From the IMG/VR virus record IMGVR_UViG_3300030106_004934, positions 1 to 52,245 of that record: a stretch of DNA of 52,245 nt. One strand, written 5' to 3'. Both the position numbers and the translations under genes were made by a program. The notes beneath the pieces were generated by a model, which searched no databases, was not told the origin of the DNA, and worked only from the letters and a program-made list of their open reading frames with translations. Source of the stretch: a virus (lineage: Duplodnaviria; Caudoviricetes). Positions 7,152 through 17,613 of the stretch are shown piece by piece (positions within the stretch are counted from its first letter, which is position 1; every line of letters starts with the position of its first letter).

Positions 7152-8697
7152 TATTAATCTCCATAATGTGTCAAAAGAAGAAGAAGCTTTTATGCTAGCA
7201 AAGAATGATTTAATTGCTTTTGGGAAACTATTTCTTCCTGATGACTTTATGCGTTCTGAATCTCCTTTTTTTCATTATCAAGTTGCAGATGCTTTAAATG
7301 ATTTTAGCTATAGACAGTTAGCTGTAATACTTCCTAGAGGGCATGGAAAAACAGTATTAACTAAATGCAGTATTTTGCATGATTTTTTATTTACTAACGA
7401 ACCTTTATTTTACGGCTGGGTTGCTGCCTCGTCTAAAATATCAGTACCTAATTTAGATTATATAAAATATCACTTGGAATATAACGAAAAAATTTCTTAT
7501 TATTTCGGTAGCTTAAAGGGTAAAAAATGGACAGAAGATGATATCGAGCTTTCAAACGGCTGTAAACTTATTAGTAAGTCTAATCTGTCTGGTATTCGTG
7601 GTGGTGCCAAGTTACATAAGCGTTATGATCTTATTGTACTTGATGACTTTGAAGACGAAAACAATACAGTTACATCAGAGTCAAGAGCAAAGATTTCCAA
7701 CCTCGTTACCGCAGTGGTATTTCCTGCCCTGGAACCGAAAACTGGAAGACTTAGAATAAATGGAACACCTGTTCATTTTGATGCATTTATACAAAAGATT
7801 TTAATGGGCTATGAACAAGCTAAAAAAGAAGACGTAGATTACAGCTGGAAAGTAATTACCTATAAAGCTTTACAAGAAGATGGTACGCCTTTATGGCCTT
7901 CGTGGTTTGGTCATAAGGAAATGGAAAGAAAGAAAAAGTTTTATCAAGATTCTGGAACTCCACAAAAATTCTATCAAGAGTATATGATGGAAGTTCAATC
8001 AGAAGAAGATTCTATTTTTAATAGAGAGCATATACAATACTGGGATGGAAAATTTACAAATGACAGGGAAAGCGGAATTACATATGTTATTCCTAATGGC
8101 GAAGATGCCAAGCCTTGTAATATTTTTGTTGGCGTTGATCCCGCAACTGATTCTGCAAGGCGTAATTCGGATTTCTCTGTTATTATTGCTGTGGCAGTCG
8201 CCCCAGATAATAGTATTTATGTTCTTGATTATATTAGGGACAGGAGTTTGCCAGTATTGGGTGTCCCTGGGACAGATAAAAAAGGGATAGTGGATTATAT
8301 ATTTCAATACGCTAAATTTTATAATCCAACGCTTTTTACAATAGAAGACACGACAATGTCTAAACCTATATTTCAAGCTATTAGAGCTGAAATGAGAAGA
8401 AGGAATCAGTTTATAATTCCATTTAAAGAAGAAAAGCCTGGTAATAGAATGAGTAAAAGAGACAGAATACAAGAAATATTAGCACAAAGATTTTCAGTAG
8501 GTCAAGTGCACATAAAGAAAACACAGTACGATCTACATAGAGAGATAATGACATTTGGCCCTCGTATGGCACATGATGATACAATTGATGCTTTAGCTTA
8601 CGCATGTAAGTACGCACATCCACCGCAAGGCATGAGTAAAAATAAGGGTGGGTGGTATAAGAAAAAAAGGAAGGCAAAAAGCTGGGTTACAGCATAG
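7144..8697 (+). CDS. terL: Terminase large subunit
   Basis: Walker A PRGHGKT, Walker B LIVLDDFE, GTP coupling motif, nuclease motifs VGVDPA and HDDTIDAL. Confidence 0.95.
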   Translation: MSNINLHNVSKEEEAFMLAKNDLIAFGKLFLPDDFMRSESPFFHYQVADALNDFSYRQLAVILPRGHGKTVLTKCSILHDFLFTNEPLFYGWVAASSKISVPNLDYIKYHLEYNEKISYYFGSLKGKKWTEDDIELSNGCKLISKSNLSGIRGGAKLHKRYDLIVLDDFEDENNTVTSESRAKISNLVTAVVFPALEPKTGRLRINGTPVHFDAFIQKILMGYEQAKKEDVDYSWKVITYKALQEDGTPLWPSWFGHKEMERKKKFYQDSGTPQKFYQEYMMEVQSEEDSIFNREHIQYWDGKFTNDRESGITYVIPNGEDAKPCNIFVGVDPATDSARRNSDFSVIIAVAVAPDNSIYVLDYIRDRSLPVLGVPGTDKKGIVDYIFQYAKFYNPTLFTIEDTTMSKPIFQAIRAEMRRRNQFIIPFKEEKPGNRMSKRDRIQEILAQRFSVGQVHIKKTQYDLHREIMTFGPRMAHDDTIDALAYACKYAHPPQGMSKNKGGWYKKKRKAKSWVTA

Positions 8698-8705
8698 GAG
8701 ATATA

Positions 8706-9359
8706 ATGACGAGTTTTAAGGAACATAGAGAACAATTAGCTGCAGACAAAGCAAAATTTGCAGAAGAAGAAGTAGAGATTCCTGTTAAGCAAAAACAAGA
8801 TTTAAAACGTTTAGAACAACAAGCGCAAAGATGGGAAGATTTCAAAACAAATAAATTAATTAGTCCTGAATCTATGGTTGATGCTATAAATTTTAAATTA
8901 CAACAATCTGTTGATGTTGGACACATAACACCAGAAGAAAAAGATCAGTTAAGACATTATTATGGAATGATAAAAATAGCAGAAAAATATGGTTCAAATA
9001 TAGCCTTTGTTTTAGGGCAATTAAACGAAGAAGCTTGGGGAGGAAATCAGGCAGCATATGATGCAGGCGGAGGTTTAGAAAATACATATCAAAAAAAAAT
9101 AGATAAGTTAAATAATGAAGAAGCTTTAAAAGATTTTGATTCAGGCAATTATAAAGCATTATCAGATAGTACTACTATAGAAGAAATGAGAGAAATAATT
9201 GATAGAACTTTCACTCCTCCTAGTATAGAATTGTCTTTTGATCAGCAAAAAATTTATACTGAAGAAGAAGTATATAAAAAATCAGGTGGTGGTGATCCAG
9301 TAAATAGACAAGTTTTTGATATGCTTGAAAAAGAAAAAGGGATTATGGAGGATGAATAA
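8706..9359 (+). CDS. Hypothetical protein with a DUF6973/SAA-like segment
   Basis: DQLRHYYG...A..LG..NE...DKLNN pattern; SD present. Confidence 0.5.
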   Translation: MTSFKEHREQLAADKAKFAEEEVEIPVKQKQDLKRLEQQAQRWEDFKTNKLISPESMVDAINFKLQQSVDVGHITPEEKDQLRHYYGMIKIAEKYGSNIAFVLGQLNEEAWGGNQAAYDAGGGLENTYQKKIDKLNNEEALKDFDSGNYKALSDSTTIEEMREIIDRTFTPPSIELSFDQQKIYTEEEVYKKSGGGDPVNRQVFDMLEKEKGIMEDE

Positions 9360-9754
9360 TGGCTAGTTTTGGAAAAAGTTCAAAAAAAAGACTTGCAACT
9401 TGTCACGAAGACTTACAAAAAGTATTTAACGAAGTAATTAAATATGTAGATTGTTCTGTATTGGAGGGGCATAGAAGTGAAGAAAGGCAAAATAAATTAT
9501 TTGAAGAAGGAAAAACTAAAGTTAAATATCCAAAAGGTCGTCACAATAGTAGTCCTAGTTTGGCTGTTGATGTTACCCCTTATCCTGTTGACTGGGATGA
9601 TCGGGAGCGGCAAACTTTATTCGCTGGGTTTGTGCTTGGCATTGCTAGGTCTATGGACATCCGATTAAGATGGGGTGGAGATTGGGATATGGATTTTGAA
9701 GTTATGGATAATCGTTTTGACGATTTCCCACATTTTGAATTAAGGAGTAAATAA
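9359..9754 (+). CDS. Endolysin, M15 family (L-Ala-D-Glu peptidase-like)
   Basis: EGHRSEERQ, H...AVD, RWGGDW, DFPHFEL. Confidence 0.9.
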   Translation: MASFGKSSKKRLATCHEDLQKVFNEVIKYVDCSVLEGHRSEERQNKLFEEGKTKVKYPKGRHNSSPSLAVDVTPYPVDWDDRERQTLFAGFVLGIARSMDIRLRWGGDWDMDFEVMDNRFDDFPHFELRSK

Positions 9755-9882
9755 TGGCTATATATAAAAAAAAGAAAGTATCAAAAGCTAAAGCTACACC
9801 TAAAAAGAGAGTTGTTAAAGCTAGAAAAAAAAGAGTTAAGACTAATGGAAAGGCTGCAAGAATAAAAAGATCGTACAAATAA
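9754..9882 (+). CDS. 42-aa Lys/Arg-rich peptide
   Basis: MAIYKKKKVSKAKATPKKRVVKARKKRVKTNGKAARIKRSYK; AAGGAG SD, TAATG coupling. Confidence 0.65.
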   Translation: MAIYKKKKVSKAKATPKKRVVKARKKRVKTNGKAARIKRSYK

Positions 9883-9893
9883 AGGAATAAATA

Positions 9894-12194
9894 ATGGCTA
9901 AAAAGAAAGCAGATATTATAAGAAATTTATTTAACTTGTCTAATAATTGGACAAGGCAACAATGGGAAAGTATAAATCAAAAAGGATATGAATTTGCTCA
10001 TGATGAACAATTAACAGATGAAGAGCAAACAGCTTTAGAAGATCAAGGCATGCCTACTTTTACTATTAATAGAATTTTACCAGTTGTTGAAATGTTGAAT
10101 TTTTACGCTACTGCAAATAATCCTAGATGGCAAGCTATAGCAGCAGAAGGAAGTGATTCTGATGTAGCAGCAGTAGCTTCAGATTTATCTGATTATGTTT
10201 GGCACAATTCAAAAGGGCAAACTTTATATGCAAATGCTATAAATGATTGTATTACAAAAAGTATTGGTTATTTATTAATATCAGTAGACAAAGATGCTGA
10301 TAATGGAATGGGAGAAGTTATAGTTCAACAGCCTGAACCTTTTGATGTTTATGTTGATCCTAAATCTAGAGATATGTTATTTAAAGATGCTGCATATATC
10401 ATGGTTAGAAAAGTTTTACCTAAAAATCACTTAATGCAGTTATTTCCAGATTTTAAAAGAAAAATATCTCAAGCAAGCAGTGATGAAAACTATCAAAGAA
10501 CATTTTCTTTAAGAAGAATGGGAGATAGAGATCAGAAACTTTTTACATTTAACGATGCTGCTGATGGAGCTTCTCAAGGAGTTACTCCTGAAGGTGAAAT
10601 GGATAATTTATTAGAATTTTTTGAAGTATATGAAAAAATTAAAGTAAAATATATAAATATGTTTTACAGGATTCCTCCAAATCCTGAAGCAATGAAACAG
10701 TTAAAAAAACAGCTAAATGTAATGGTAAAAGAAATGCAAGCTGAAATAGAAGTAGAATTAATGGAAAAAGAACAGCAAATGCAACAAGCTGTTCAAAACG
10801 GAGGAATGCTTCCAGAGAGATTTGAGCTAGAAATGAAAAGAGCCCAAGATGAAGCAATGCAACAATTAGAAGCTTACTCTAAAGAAGTTATGAGTAAATT
10901 ACAAAATGAAGCTTCAAAAATAGAAAATAATATTATAACTGAAAAAGAATACAAAATCTTTTTAAACGATGAAGAATTTGCTAAAAATATAATTGAAGCT
11001 GTAGAATTTTACAGTAACAGAATAAAGCAAACTTGTGTAGCAGGAGATAAAATATTATATGAAAACATTCTACCTGAAACTGTTAAAGAATATCCTATAG
11101 TACCATTTCATTTTAAATGGACAGGAACTCCTTATCCAATAAGTGCTGTAGCACCATTAATTGGAAAACAAAAAGAAATAAATAAAGCTCATCAAATTAT
11201 GGTTCATAATGCTTCATTGGGAAGTAGTTTAAGATGGATGTATGAAGAAGGCAGTGTTGATCCAGATGTGTGGGAAAAATATGCTTCTAGCCCAGGCGCT
11301 TTATTACCTATTAGGCCAGGAGTTGAACGACCTACACCTGTAATGCCAGCACCATTATCAAATGCATTTTTTCAAATTGTTCAACAAGGAAAAAGTGATA
11401 TGGAGTATTTAGCAGGTATATATAGCTCTATGATGGGAGATTCTGCAGGATCAGCAGAAACATATAGAGGTATGTTAGCTTTAGATGAATATGGAACTAG
11501 AAGAATTAAACAATGGATGTCTAATTGTATTGAACCAGCATTAAGACAATTAGGAGAAGTTATTTTAGAATTTTCTCAAGCAACATATACTGCTAATAAA
11601 AAGTTTAGAATTATACAGCCTAGTGCTATACAAGAAGGCAAAACTCAAGAAATAAATGTTCCTGTTTACAATGATATGGGACAAGCTATAGGAAAATCAA
11701 TGGATATTGCAACATTAAGATTTGATATACGAGTAATTTCGGGTTCAACAATGCCTGTAAATAGATGGGCATATTTAGAAGAATTAAAACAATTAATGCA
11801 ATTAGGTGTAGTAGATGATATAGCTGTATTAGCTGAAACTGATTTAAAGAATAAAGAAAAAATAGTTCAAAGAAAATCTTTATATTCTCAATTACAAGGA
11901 CAGTTAGGCCAATTGCAAGAAGCTATAAAAGATAAAGACGGAACTATAGAAACATTAGAAAGACAATTAGTTCAAGCAGGAATTAAACAAAAAGTAATGC
12001 AAGCTGATGTAGAAATCAACAAACAAAAAGAACAAGTCAAATCTAAACTTGGTAAACAACTCACTCAAACTGAGGGAGAGCAAAAATTATTGAGGGGGAC
12101 AATGGCTAATCATGCTGAACTTACAAGGATGAGAAATGAAGATATGTTAAAAGAAAGAAAAAAAGACTTGCAAAATACAGATAATTCTGAATAA
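9894..12194 (+). CDS. Portal protein (P22/podovirus-like)
   Basis: TINRILPVV, FDVYVDP, YPIVPF and QKEINK motifs; C-terminal coiled-coil; lies after TerL. Confidence 0.9.
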   Translation: MAKKKADIIRNLFNLSNNWTRQQWESINQKGYEFAHDEQLTDEEQTALEDQGMPTFTINRILPVVEMLNFYATANNPRWQAIAAEGSDSDVAAVASDLSDYVWHNSKGQTLYANAINDCITKSIGYLLISVDKDADNGMGEVIVQQPEPFDVYVDPKSRDMLFKDAAYIMVRKVLPKNHLMQLFPDFKRKISQASSDENYQRTFSLRRMGDRDQKLFTFNDAADGASQGVTPEGEMDNLLEFFEVYEKIKVKYINMFYRIPPNPEAMKQLKKQLNVMVKEMQAEIEVELMEKEQQMQQAVQNGGMLPERFELEMKRAQDEAMQQLEAYSKEVMSKLQNEASKIENNIITEKEYKIFLNDEEFAKNIIEAVEFYSNRIKQTCVAGDKILYENILPETVKEYPIVPFHFKWTGTPYPISAVAPLIGKQKEINKAHQIMVHNASLGSSLRWMYEEGSVDPDVWEKYASSPGALLPIRPGVERPTPVMPAPLSNAFFQIVQQGKSDMEYLAGIYSSMMGDSAGSAETYRGMLALDEYGTRRIKQWMSNCIEPALRQLGEVILEFSQATYTANKKFRIIQPSAIQEGKTQEINVPVYNDMGQAIGKSMDIATLRFDIRVISGSTMPVNRWAYLEELKQLMQLGVVDDIAVLAETDLKNKEKIVQRKSLYSQLQGQLGQLQEAIKDKDGTIETLERQLVQAGIKQKVMQADVEINKQKEQVKSKLGKQLTQTEGEQKLLRGTMANHAELTRMRNEDMLKERKKDLQNTDNSE

Positions 12195-12197
12195 ACT
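12168..12197 (+). promoter_or_regulatory. Possible internal promoter before scaffold/capsid genes
   Basis: TTGCAA-18 bp-TAAACT. Confidence 0.3.
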
Positions 12198-12234
12198 ACA
12201 ACAATAATTTTATTCACAAAAAGGAGGGAACAAT

Positions 12235-13194
12235 ATGAGTTCTCAAGAAATAAATCAAGGTAACCCTGAAATTGGAATGAAAGAAAGCTCATTGGAAGCA
12301 GCATCTGAATCTTACGGAAGAGGAGAGCATCCTAATTCAAAAGCTAACTTACAACCATTCACTTCAGGCTCTGATGATTTTTTCAATACACTCGATCAAG
12401 AGGTAAATGGAGGAATAAGAGATAGAAGCCCTGAGGTAACCCAGGATCAAAACAGTGGCCCCGAACAGGTAACCCACGCCAATAACGATACTGGCTCCAA
12501 CAAGCAAAAGAAACAATCTGCTAACAGCACAGATTGGGAGAAGCGCTACAAAGATAGTAGTAGGGAAGCTGTTAAGTGGAGAGAGGCATTTACAAAGGTA
12601 GAACCTTTTGTGCCAATTCTTGACGCATTGAAAAGTGATAGTGGACTAGTAAAACATGTTCAAGATTATTTTGAAGGTGGCGGAGCTCCAGCAAAAACTA
12701 TTCAAGACAAAATGGGACTTGATGAAGATTTTGTTTTTGATCAGCAAGAAGCAATGACCGATCCTCAATCAGACAGTGCAAGAGTTATGAATGCACATGT
12801 TGATTCTTTAGTTCAACAAAGAATGTCATCTATGATTGATAACGAAAAAAAGCGTGCTAATCAAATGAAATTAGAAGAGGCCAGAAAAACTCAAGAATCT
12901 GAGTTTATGAAAAAACATAATATGTCTGAAGAAGATTTTGCTAACTTCAAAGCTAAAGCAAAAAATCATAAAATGACATTAGATGATATTAATTATATCG
13001 TAAATAAAGATCAGATGCAATCAAATGTAGCTGCTTCTACTAAACAAGATATGATGAATCAAATGAAAAATGTTAGAAACATGCCTACGTCTGCTTCGGG
13101 AGCCAACAGTCAAAAAGTAGAAAAAAATCAAGACAGGGAAGTCTTTGAAAATATTCTAGGATTTGACGGTGGCGTTGATAATCTGTTTGGATAA
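12235..13194 (+). CDS. Capsid scaffolding protein (putative)
   Basis: Acidic and helical, DWEKRYKD motif; between portal and capsid genes. Confidence 0.7.
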   Translation: MSSQEINQGNPEIGMKESSLEAASESYGRGEHPNSKANLQPFTSGSDDFFNTLDQEVNGGIRDRSPEVTQDQNSGPEQVTHANNDTGSNKQKKQSANSTDWEKRYKDSSREAVKWREAFTKVEPFVPILDALKSDSGLVKHVQDYFEGGGAPAKTIQDKMGLDEDFVFDQQEAMTDPQSDSARVMNAHVDSLVQQRMSSMIDNEKKRANQMKLEEARKTQESEFMKKHNMSEEDFANFKAKAKNHKMTLDDINYIVNKDQMQSNVAASTKQDMMNQMKNVRNMPTSASGANSQKVEKNQDREVFENILGFDGGVDNLFG

Positions 13195-13259
13195 GGCGTA
13201 TAATTATTGAATTTTATGTCTGTCCAAGCTTAATAAAATAAGTTCAAAGGAGAGACAAA

Positions 13260-14843
13260 ATGTCTGATATTTTAAACGTAACTGGAAGTAATTATACTTC
13301 TGGTTCGATTGAAAGAGGCGAATCTTCTACCCAATTAAATACGGGTGCATTACGTAGAAAGTATAATTTCGGCGACTATGTATCTGAATTAGCATTGGCG
13401 CAAGATCCGTTCTTTCGATTCATTAGTATGGTTTCTAAAAAACCAACCGATGATCCTTCTTTCAAATTTACTGAAAAAAGATCGTCATACACTAAAAGGT
13501 ATGCATACCTAGCTGATTATGATACAGGTGCTGCAGCAATTCCAGCAACTGATGTTACACAAGCTACACCTAATCCAGCAGCAGGTGATGTATATTCTTT
13601 TGGTTTTTTTACTGATTATAATAGCAATGGAAATAATTCCAATATTTATGGTCAAACACACACATACCAAGAAGGTGTTGAAGGCACACAGCCTCAATTC
13701 TTTATTCCTGGTCAAATCATAAAGATACCTGTAGGGGCTACAAATACATTGAACAACCTTGCATCAGAGTTGACAGATTACACTCTATGGAAAGTTAATT
13801 CAGTAGATCTTACTACTCAAGGTGTTAATTCTTCATCTAGCGCAACAGTTAATAAAGCTATTGTTAATGCTACATGTTTAAAAGCACCTGCAACAAGTAA
13901 CTTTATGCAAGCAACAACTACAGGTGGTACAGCAGTTGATGGTGCAGCTAACTTAGGTTATGAATCTACACCATCTGGCAAAATGGCTAGTCAAGAAATT
14001 CTTGAAGCTTTTAAATGCTATGTAGTTGGTACTGCATTTGGTGCTGGTACTGGGTATCCTGAAACTTGGGCAGATCAGCCTTACTCTTCAGCTTATGGTC
14101 AAACTCAAATCTTCAAAACATCATGTGTGATGAATAATACTGATAGAGCTACAGTTCTTAAGTATGAAGGTAACGAGTGGGCTAGAATCTGGAAAGAAAA
14201 ACTGATCGAGCATAAGTGGGACATTGAAAGTGCTTTATTATTTGGAAATCAAAGTTCAACATACAACACTACTCAAGGTGCTGTAGACTATATTTCTACA
14301 TATGGTAATGCTTTTTCATTAGATGTTGCTACTAAATCACAAGATTCTTTCTTAGATGATATGTCAGCTTTATTAGATCCTAGATATAATAATGCTGGTT
14401 CAACTGTATTCTTCTGTTCTACAGCAGTATACAATTGGCTACATAAATTATCTGGATACTTTGCTAATAATATCGGTATGGTTGTTCCTGGTGGGACTAC
14501 TAACCCAGCTGCTGATGCTTCAGTAATGGGTAGAGCTGATTTTACAATGGCAGGTAAAAAGAAAGTATTTGGTATTGATGTTACTACTATTTCAACTATA
14601 TACGGTGATATGAACGTTGTTAGAAACGTGCATTTAGACGGTACTGCAGTTAAAATGATGGGTATCAATATGAAATATTGTGCTTATAGACCATTAGTAG
14701 GTAATGGTATTAATAGAGATACAGCGGTCTACGTTGGTGTGCAAACACTTGAAAACTCTGGGGTCGACAGAAGAGTAGATCAAATCTTAACAGAAGCTGG
14801 CATGGAATGGTGTTGTCCTGAGACACACGCCATCTGGTCATAA
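13260..14843 (+). CDS. Major capsid protein (DUF5309/SU10-like HK97 fold with insertion)
   Basis: QTQIFKT, EHKWDIESALLFG, TTQG and DQILTEAGME motifs; strong SD; synteny. Confidence 0.85.
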   Translation: MSDILNVTGSNYTSGSIERGESSTQLNTGALRRKYNFGDYVSELALAQDPFFRFISMVSKKPTDDPSFKFTEKRSSYTKRYAYLADYDTGAAAIPATDVTQATPNPAAGDVYSFGFFTDYNSNGNNSNIYGQTHTYQEGVEGTQPQFFIPGQIIKIPVGATNTLNNLASELTDYTLWKVNSVDLTTQGVNSSSSATVNKAIVNATCLKAPATSNFMQATTTGGTAVDGAANLGYESTPSGKMASQEILEAFKCYVVGTAFGAGTGYPETWADQPYSSAYGQTQIFKTSCVMNNTDRATVLKYEGNEWARIWKEKLIEHKWDIESALLFGNQSSTYNTTQGAVDYISTYGNAFSLDVATKSQDSFLDDMSALLDPRYNNAGSTVFFCSTAVYNWLHKLSGYFANNIGMVVPGGTTNPAADASVMGRADFTMAGKKKVFGIDVTTISTIYGDMNVVRNVHLDGTAVKMMGINMKYCAYRPLVGNGINRDTAVYVGVQTLENSGVDRRVDQILTEAGMEWCCPETHAIWS

Positions 14844-14854
14844 GGAGGTATATT

Positions 14855-15358
14855 ATGGGAAATCCAATGTATGGACAAAATAAGTTCGATAATGCTGTTG
14901 ATAATGCAACAGGTGAAATCAAACACGTAAAACCTTCAGCTGATGGAACTGGTGTTGCTGGTGCTGAGACTGTTATTTTAACATCAGCAGATGCAGGTAA
15001 CAGGTATTTTGTAAATGTTTCTGCTAACACTGCTTCATTTAGATTGCCATCTGCATATAGTAATAAAGGCATGGAAGTTCACTTTCACGCTGATATTGCT
15101 AGTGATGCAGAAGATGCAAAAGCTATAATAGTTTTTACTGATTCTACTGCTGAATTTGTTATAGGGACCTGTTTAGATGCAGGCGCTGTACATGATACTT
15201 CAGTAGCTGACGATCAAATAAAACTAGACGGTAGTGGTGGTGCATTAGCAGGTGGAGACAGAGTAAGTCTTGTTTGCGATGGTATTCACTGGTACATAAC
15301 TGAAGCTGTTTCTCTAACTGCTGCGACATGGGTTAGTGGGACAATTTCTAGAAGTTAA
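14855..15358 (+). CDS. Putative capsid decoration / minor virion protein
   Basis: Follows the capsid gene with AGGAGG SD; beta-rich, GDRVSLVCDG.HWY. Confidence 0.55.
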   Translation: MGNPMYGQNKFDNAVDNATGEIKHVKPSADGTGVAGAETVILTSADAGNRYFVNVSANTASFRLPSAYSNKGMEVHFHADIASDAEDAKAIIVFTDSTAEFVIGTCLDAGAVHDTSVADDQIKLDGSGGALAGGDRVSLVCDGIHWYITEAVSLTAATWVSGTISRS

Positions 15359-15383
15359 AACTGATAGTTAACTAAACTTGCCT

Positions 15384-15410
15384 GGGGAGAGGTGGTTGCT
15401 TCTCCCCTTG
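15384..15410 (+). terminator. GC-rich hairpin after capsid genes (weak terminator or stabiliser)
   Basis: GGGGAGAGGT...GCTTCTCCCC followed by only TTG. Confidence 0.45.
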
Positions 15411-15429
15411 TAAGCTAAACAGGAGAATA

Positions 15430-16152
15430 ATGGCAACATTTGAAGCACAGGTAGAAGGAATAACAGGCATAGCAATAGCAAGTAGCGGAACAAATCCTAC
15501 TCAAGCAGAATTGCATGAATTTTTAAGAGAAGGCGTTATAGATGTTACTAATAGAACTTTATCTTCAAATCCTAGAAGAGCTCAAGATTTTCAAAGAGAA
15601 TCTTCTGTTACTGATAGTCAAGGTCTTGATATAAAAGGAGCTAAAATTATCGGAGTAATGAGAGAAAGAAATGGTGATGGAAGTTCAGATGGAACAACTT
15701 TATGGGAAGAATGCAGATATATTCCTCCTACATTACAATCTAGAGTTGTTGATGTGAATAGTTTGCACTATGCTTCTATGTATAATCCTGTTTATATGAT
15801 TGATGGAGATTCATTAATTAATGTATATCCAGTTCCAAGTAGCAATAATGGATATAGAGCATTTTACGTAAATAATATTCCAACTGCATCAGATGATGCG
15901 ACTACTAATTTTCATACTAAAGATGGATGGAAATATTTTCCAAATGAATTAGAGCCTTTAGTAGTAATATATGCTTCAATTAAAACATTAGAAAATACTT
16001 TAGCTAATTGGATACAAGAAGAAGAAGATTTAGAATTAACACAAGCAACCAATGTACATTTAACACAATTAAAACAACAATATGACAATGCGTTTATAAT
16101 GGCTGCTCAAGGAACAGCTCAGCAAGCAGAAGCTAGTCAGCAAATGGAGTAA
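15430..16152 (+). CDS. Putative head-tail adaptor
   Basis: INVYPVP and FPNELEPLVVIYA motifs; synteny. Confidence 0.55.
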   Translation: MATFEAQVEGITGIAIASSGTNPTQAELHEFLREGVIDVTNRTLSSNPRRAQDFQRESSVTDSQGLDIKGAKIIGVMRERNGDGSSDGTTLWEECRYIPPTLQSRVVDVNSLHYASMYNPVYMIDGDSLINVYPVPSSNNGYRAFYVNNIPTASDDATTNFHTKDGWKYFPNELEPLVVIYASIKTLENTLANWIQEEEDLELTQATNVHLTQLKQQYDNAFIMAAQGTAQQAEASQQME

Positions 16153-16154
16153 TA

Positions 16155-16436
16155 ATGAAAGTTAAAGAATTAATGGAAAGAGCAGGTATAAAAGAAACTG
16201 GTAGAGCTTTAGCATACATAAAAGATGCACTAGAAGAAATTAACACTTTATCAGAAACTCACGTAACTACTTCTAGAATAGATTTAGAGAAAGATAAAAG
16301 ATTTTACAATATTCCAAAAGAAACACTTAAAATTACAGATATTAGAGCTAAAAATCATTTAAATAGCAAGGATGAATACAGATCTATTCCAAGAATGGTT
16401 TATGAGCCTATAAATAAAGATGGAGACGGCATTTAA
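16155..16436 (+). CDS. Putative adaptor-like protein (N-terminal-type half)
   Basis: YIKDALEEI...FYNIPKETLKITDI. Confidence 0.5.
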   Translation: MKVKELMERAGIKETGRALAYIKDALEEINTLSETHVTTSRIDLEKDKRFYNIPKETLKITDIRAKNHLNSKDEYRSIPRMVYEPINKDGDGI

Positions 16437-16438
16437 TT

Positions 16439-17494
16439 ATGGCTACACCTAAAGAATATGCCTATTATATAAAAGGTAATAAAATAGCATTAGTAGAAAG
16501 AAATACTGCTTTTGACAATGATCCTAATTCAAGAAACTATGGGCCAGGTACTAAAGATATACAATGGGAAAGCCCTTTAACTTCAGTTACAGATGCTTTA
16601 GAAATTGAATATACACATGTTCCTAATTACAGAATAAATACATCATCTACATTAGAAGTAAATAAATTTTATGTAAATGGATGGACTGTTATTGATGGTT
16701 ATTTAGCATTTGTAAGAGCTCATAGTGCTACTGCAGGCCCTGCTAATTGGACAGCTGCTCCTTACAGTACTGTTGGAGTTGATGAATATATAGCTATAGA
16801 AGGCAGTGAAAGATGGAATGGAATTCATAAAATAAAAGCTAGAGCTAATACAGGAATATTAACGACTTATACTAGAGTTAATTCTAATCCTACTATAATC
16901 ACAGGAAGTAGTAATATAAATATTGGCGGCGAATCAGGTGGAAAAGCTAAAATACACGCTAATAATAACAGTAATATATACTTTAGTGAATTGTTTTCTG
17001 CTGGAGATTATATATTTATATCTGGATCTGGTACTGCTCACAATAATATTATGTGGGAAATACACTCTGTTGAAGTTACTGCAGATGGCTCAGGAGAAGA
17101 AGATTCGGCAATATATGTAGCTAATAGCTATAGATGTGCAGAAGATATAAGCGCTAATGCTGTTGTAGGAGTTTTAAATACAGAGCAAATAGACACTACT
17201 CCTAATACTACGGCTGAAGCAAGTGCAAGTATAACAGTACACAAAGTATTTAGAGATTTCTGTACTATTCAATCAGATATAACTGCAATGTTAGACGAAG
17301 ATTTTGAATTAGATTTACCAAGATACTTAAATAGAGCTATAGTTTTTTATTTAAAGGCAAAACAATTAGAAGATGTTATGGAAGTAGAGGGCTCTGAATA
17401 TTTTATGGCTAAATTTAGAAAATTAGTAGAAGAAGATAATTCTAATAAAAAAGGCAAGCATAGAGTAATGCAAGGGCATTGGAATTTACTGTGA
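16439..17494 (+). CDS. Virion structural protein (adaptor-like C-terminus with beta-rich insertion)
   Basis: LEIEY...DLPRYLNRAIVFYLKAK...FMAKF. Confidence 0.5.
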   Translation: MATPKEYAYYIKGNKIALVERNTAFDNDPNSRNYGPGTKDIQWESPLTSVTDALEIEYTHVPNYRINTSSTLEVNKFYVNGWTVIDGYLAFVRAHSATAGPANWTAAPYSTVGVDEYIAIEGSERWNGIHKIKARANTGILTTYTRVNSNPTIITGSSNINIGGESGGKAKIHANNNSNIYFSELFSAGDYIFISGSGTAHNNIMWEIHSVEVTADGSGEEDSAIYVANSYRCAEDISANAVVGVLNTEQIDTTPNTTAEASASITVHKVFRDFCTIQSDITAMLDEDFELDLPRYLNRAIVFYLKAKQLEDVMEVEGSEYFMAKFRKLVEEDNSNKKGKHRVMQGHWNLL

Positions 17495-17613
17495 TGGAGT
17501 CAATCTTGTTAGAATTAAATATAATGGAAAATTTTAGAGATATATTATATTTTATGGCAGGATTTTTTACAACATTTTGTTTAGGTTATATGATGCATAA
17601 AGGAGATGAATAA
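17494..17613 (+). CDS. Small membrane protein (39 aa)
   Basis: MESILLELNIMENFRDILYFMAGFFTTFCLGYMMHKGDE; coupled at both ends. Confidence 0.45.
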   Translation: MESILLELNIMENFRDILYFMAGFFTTFCLGYMMHKGDE

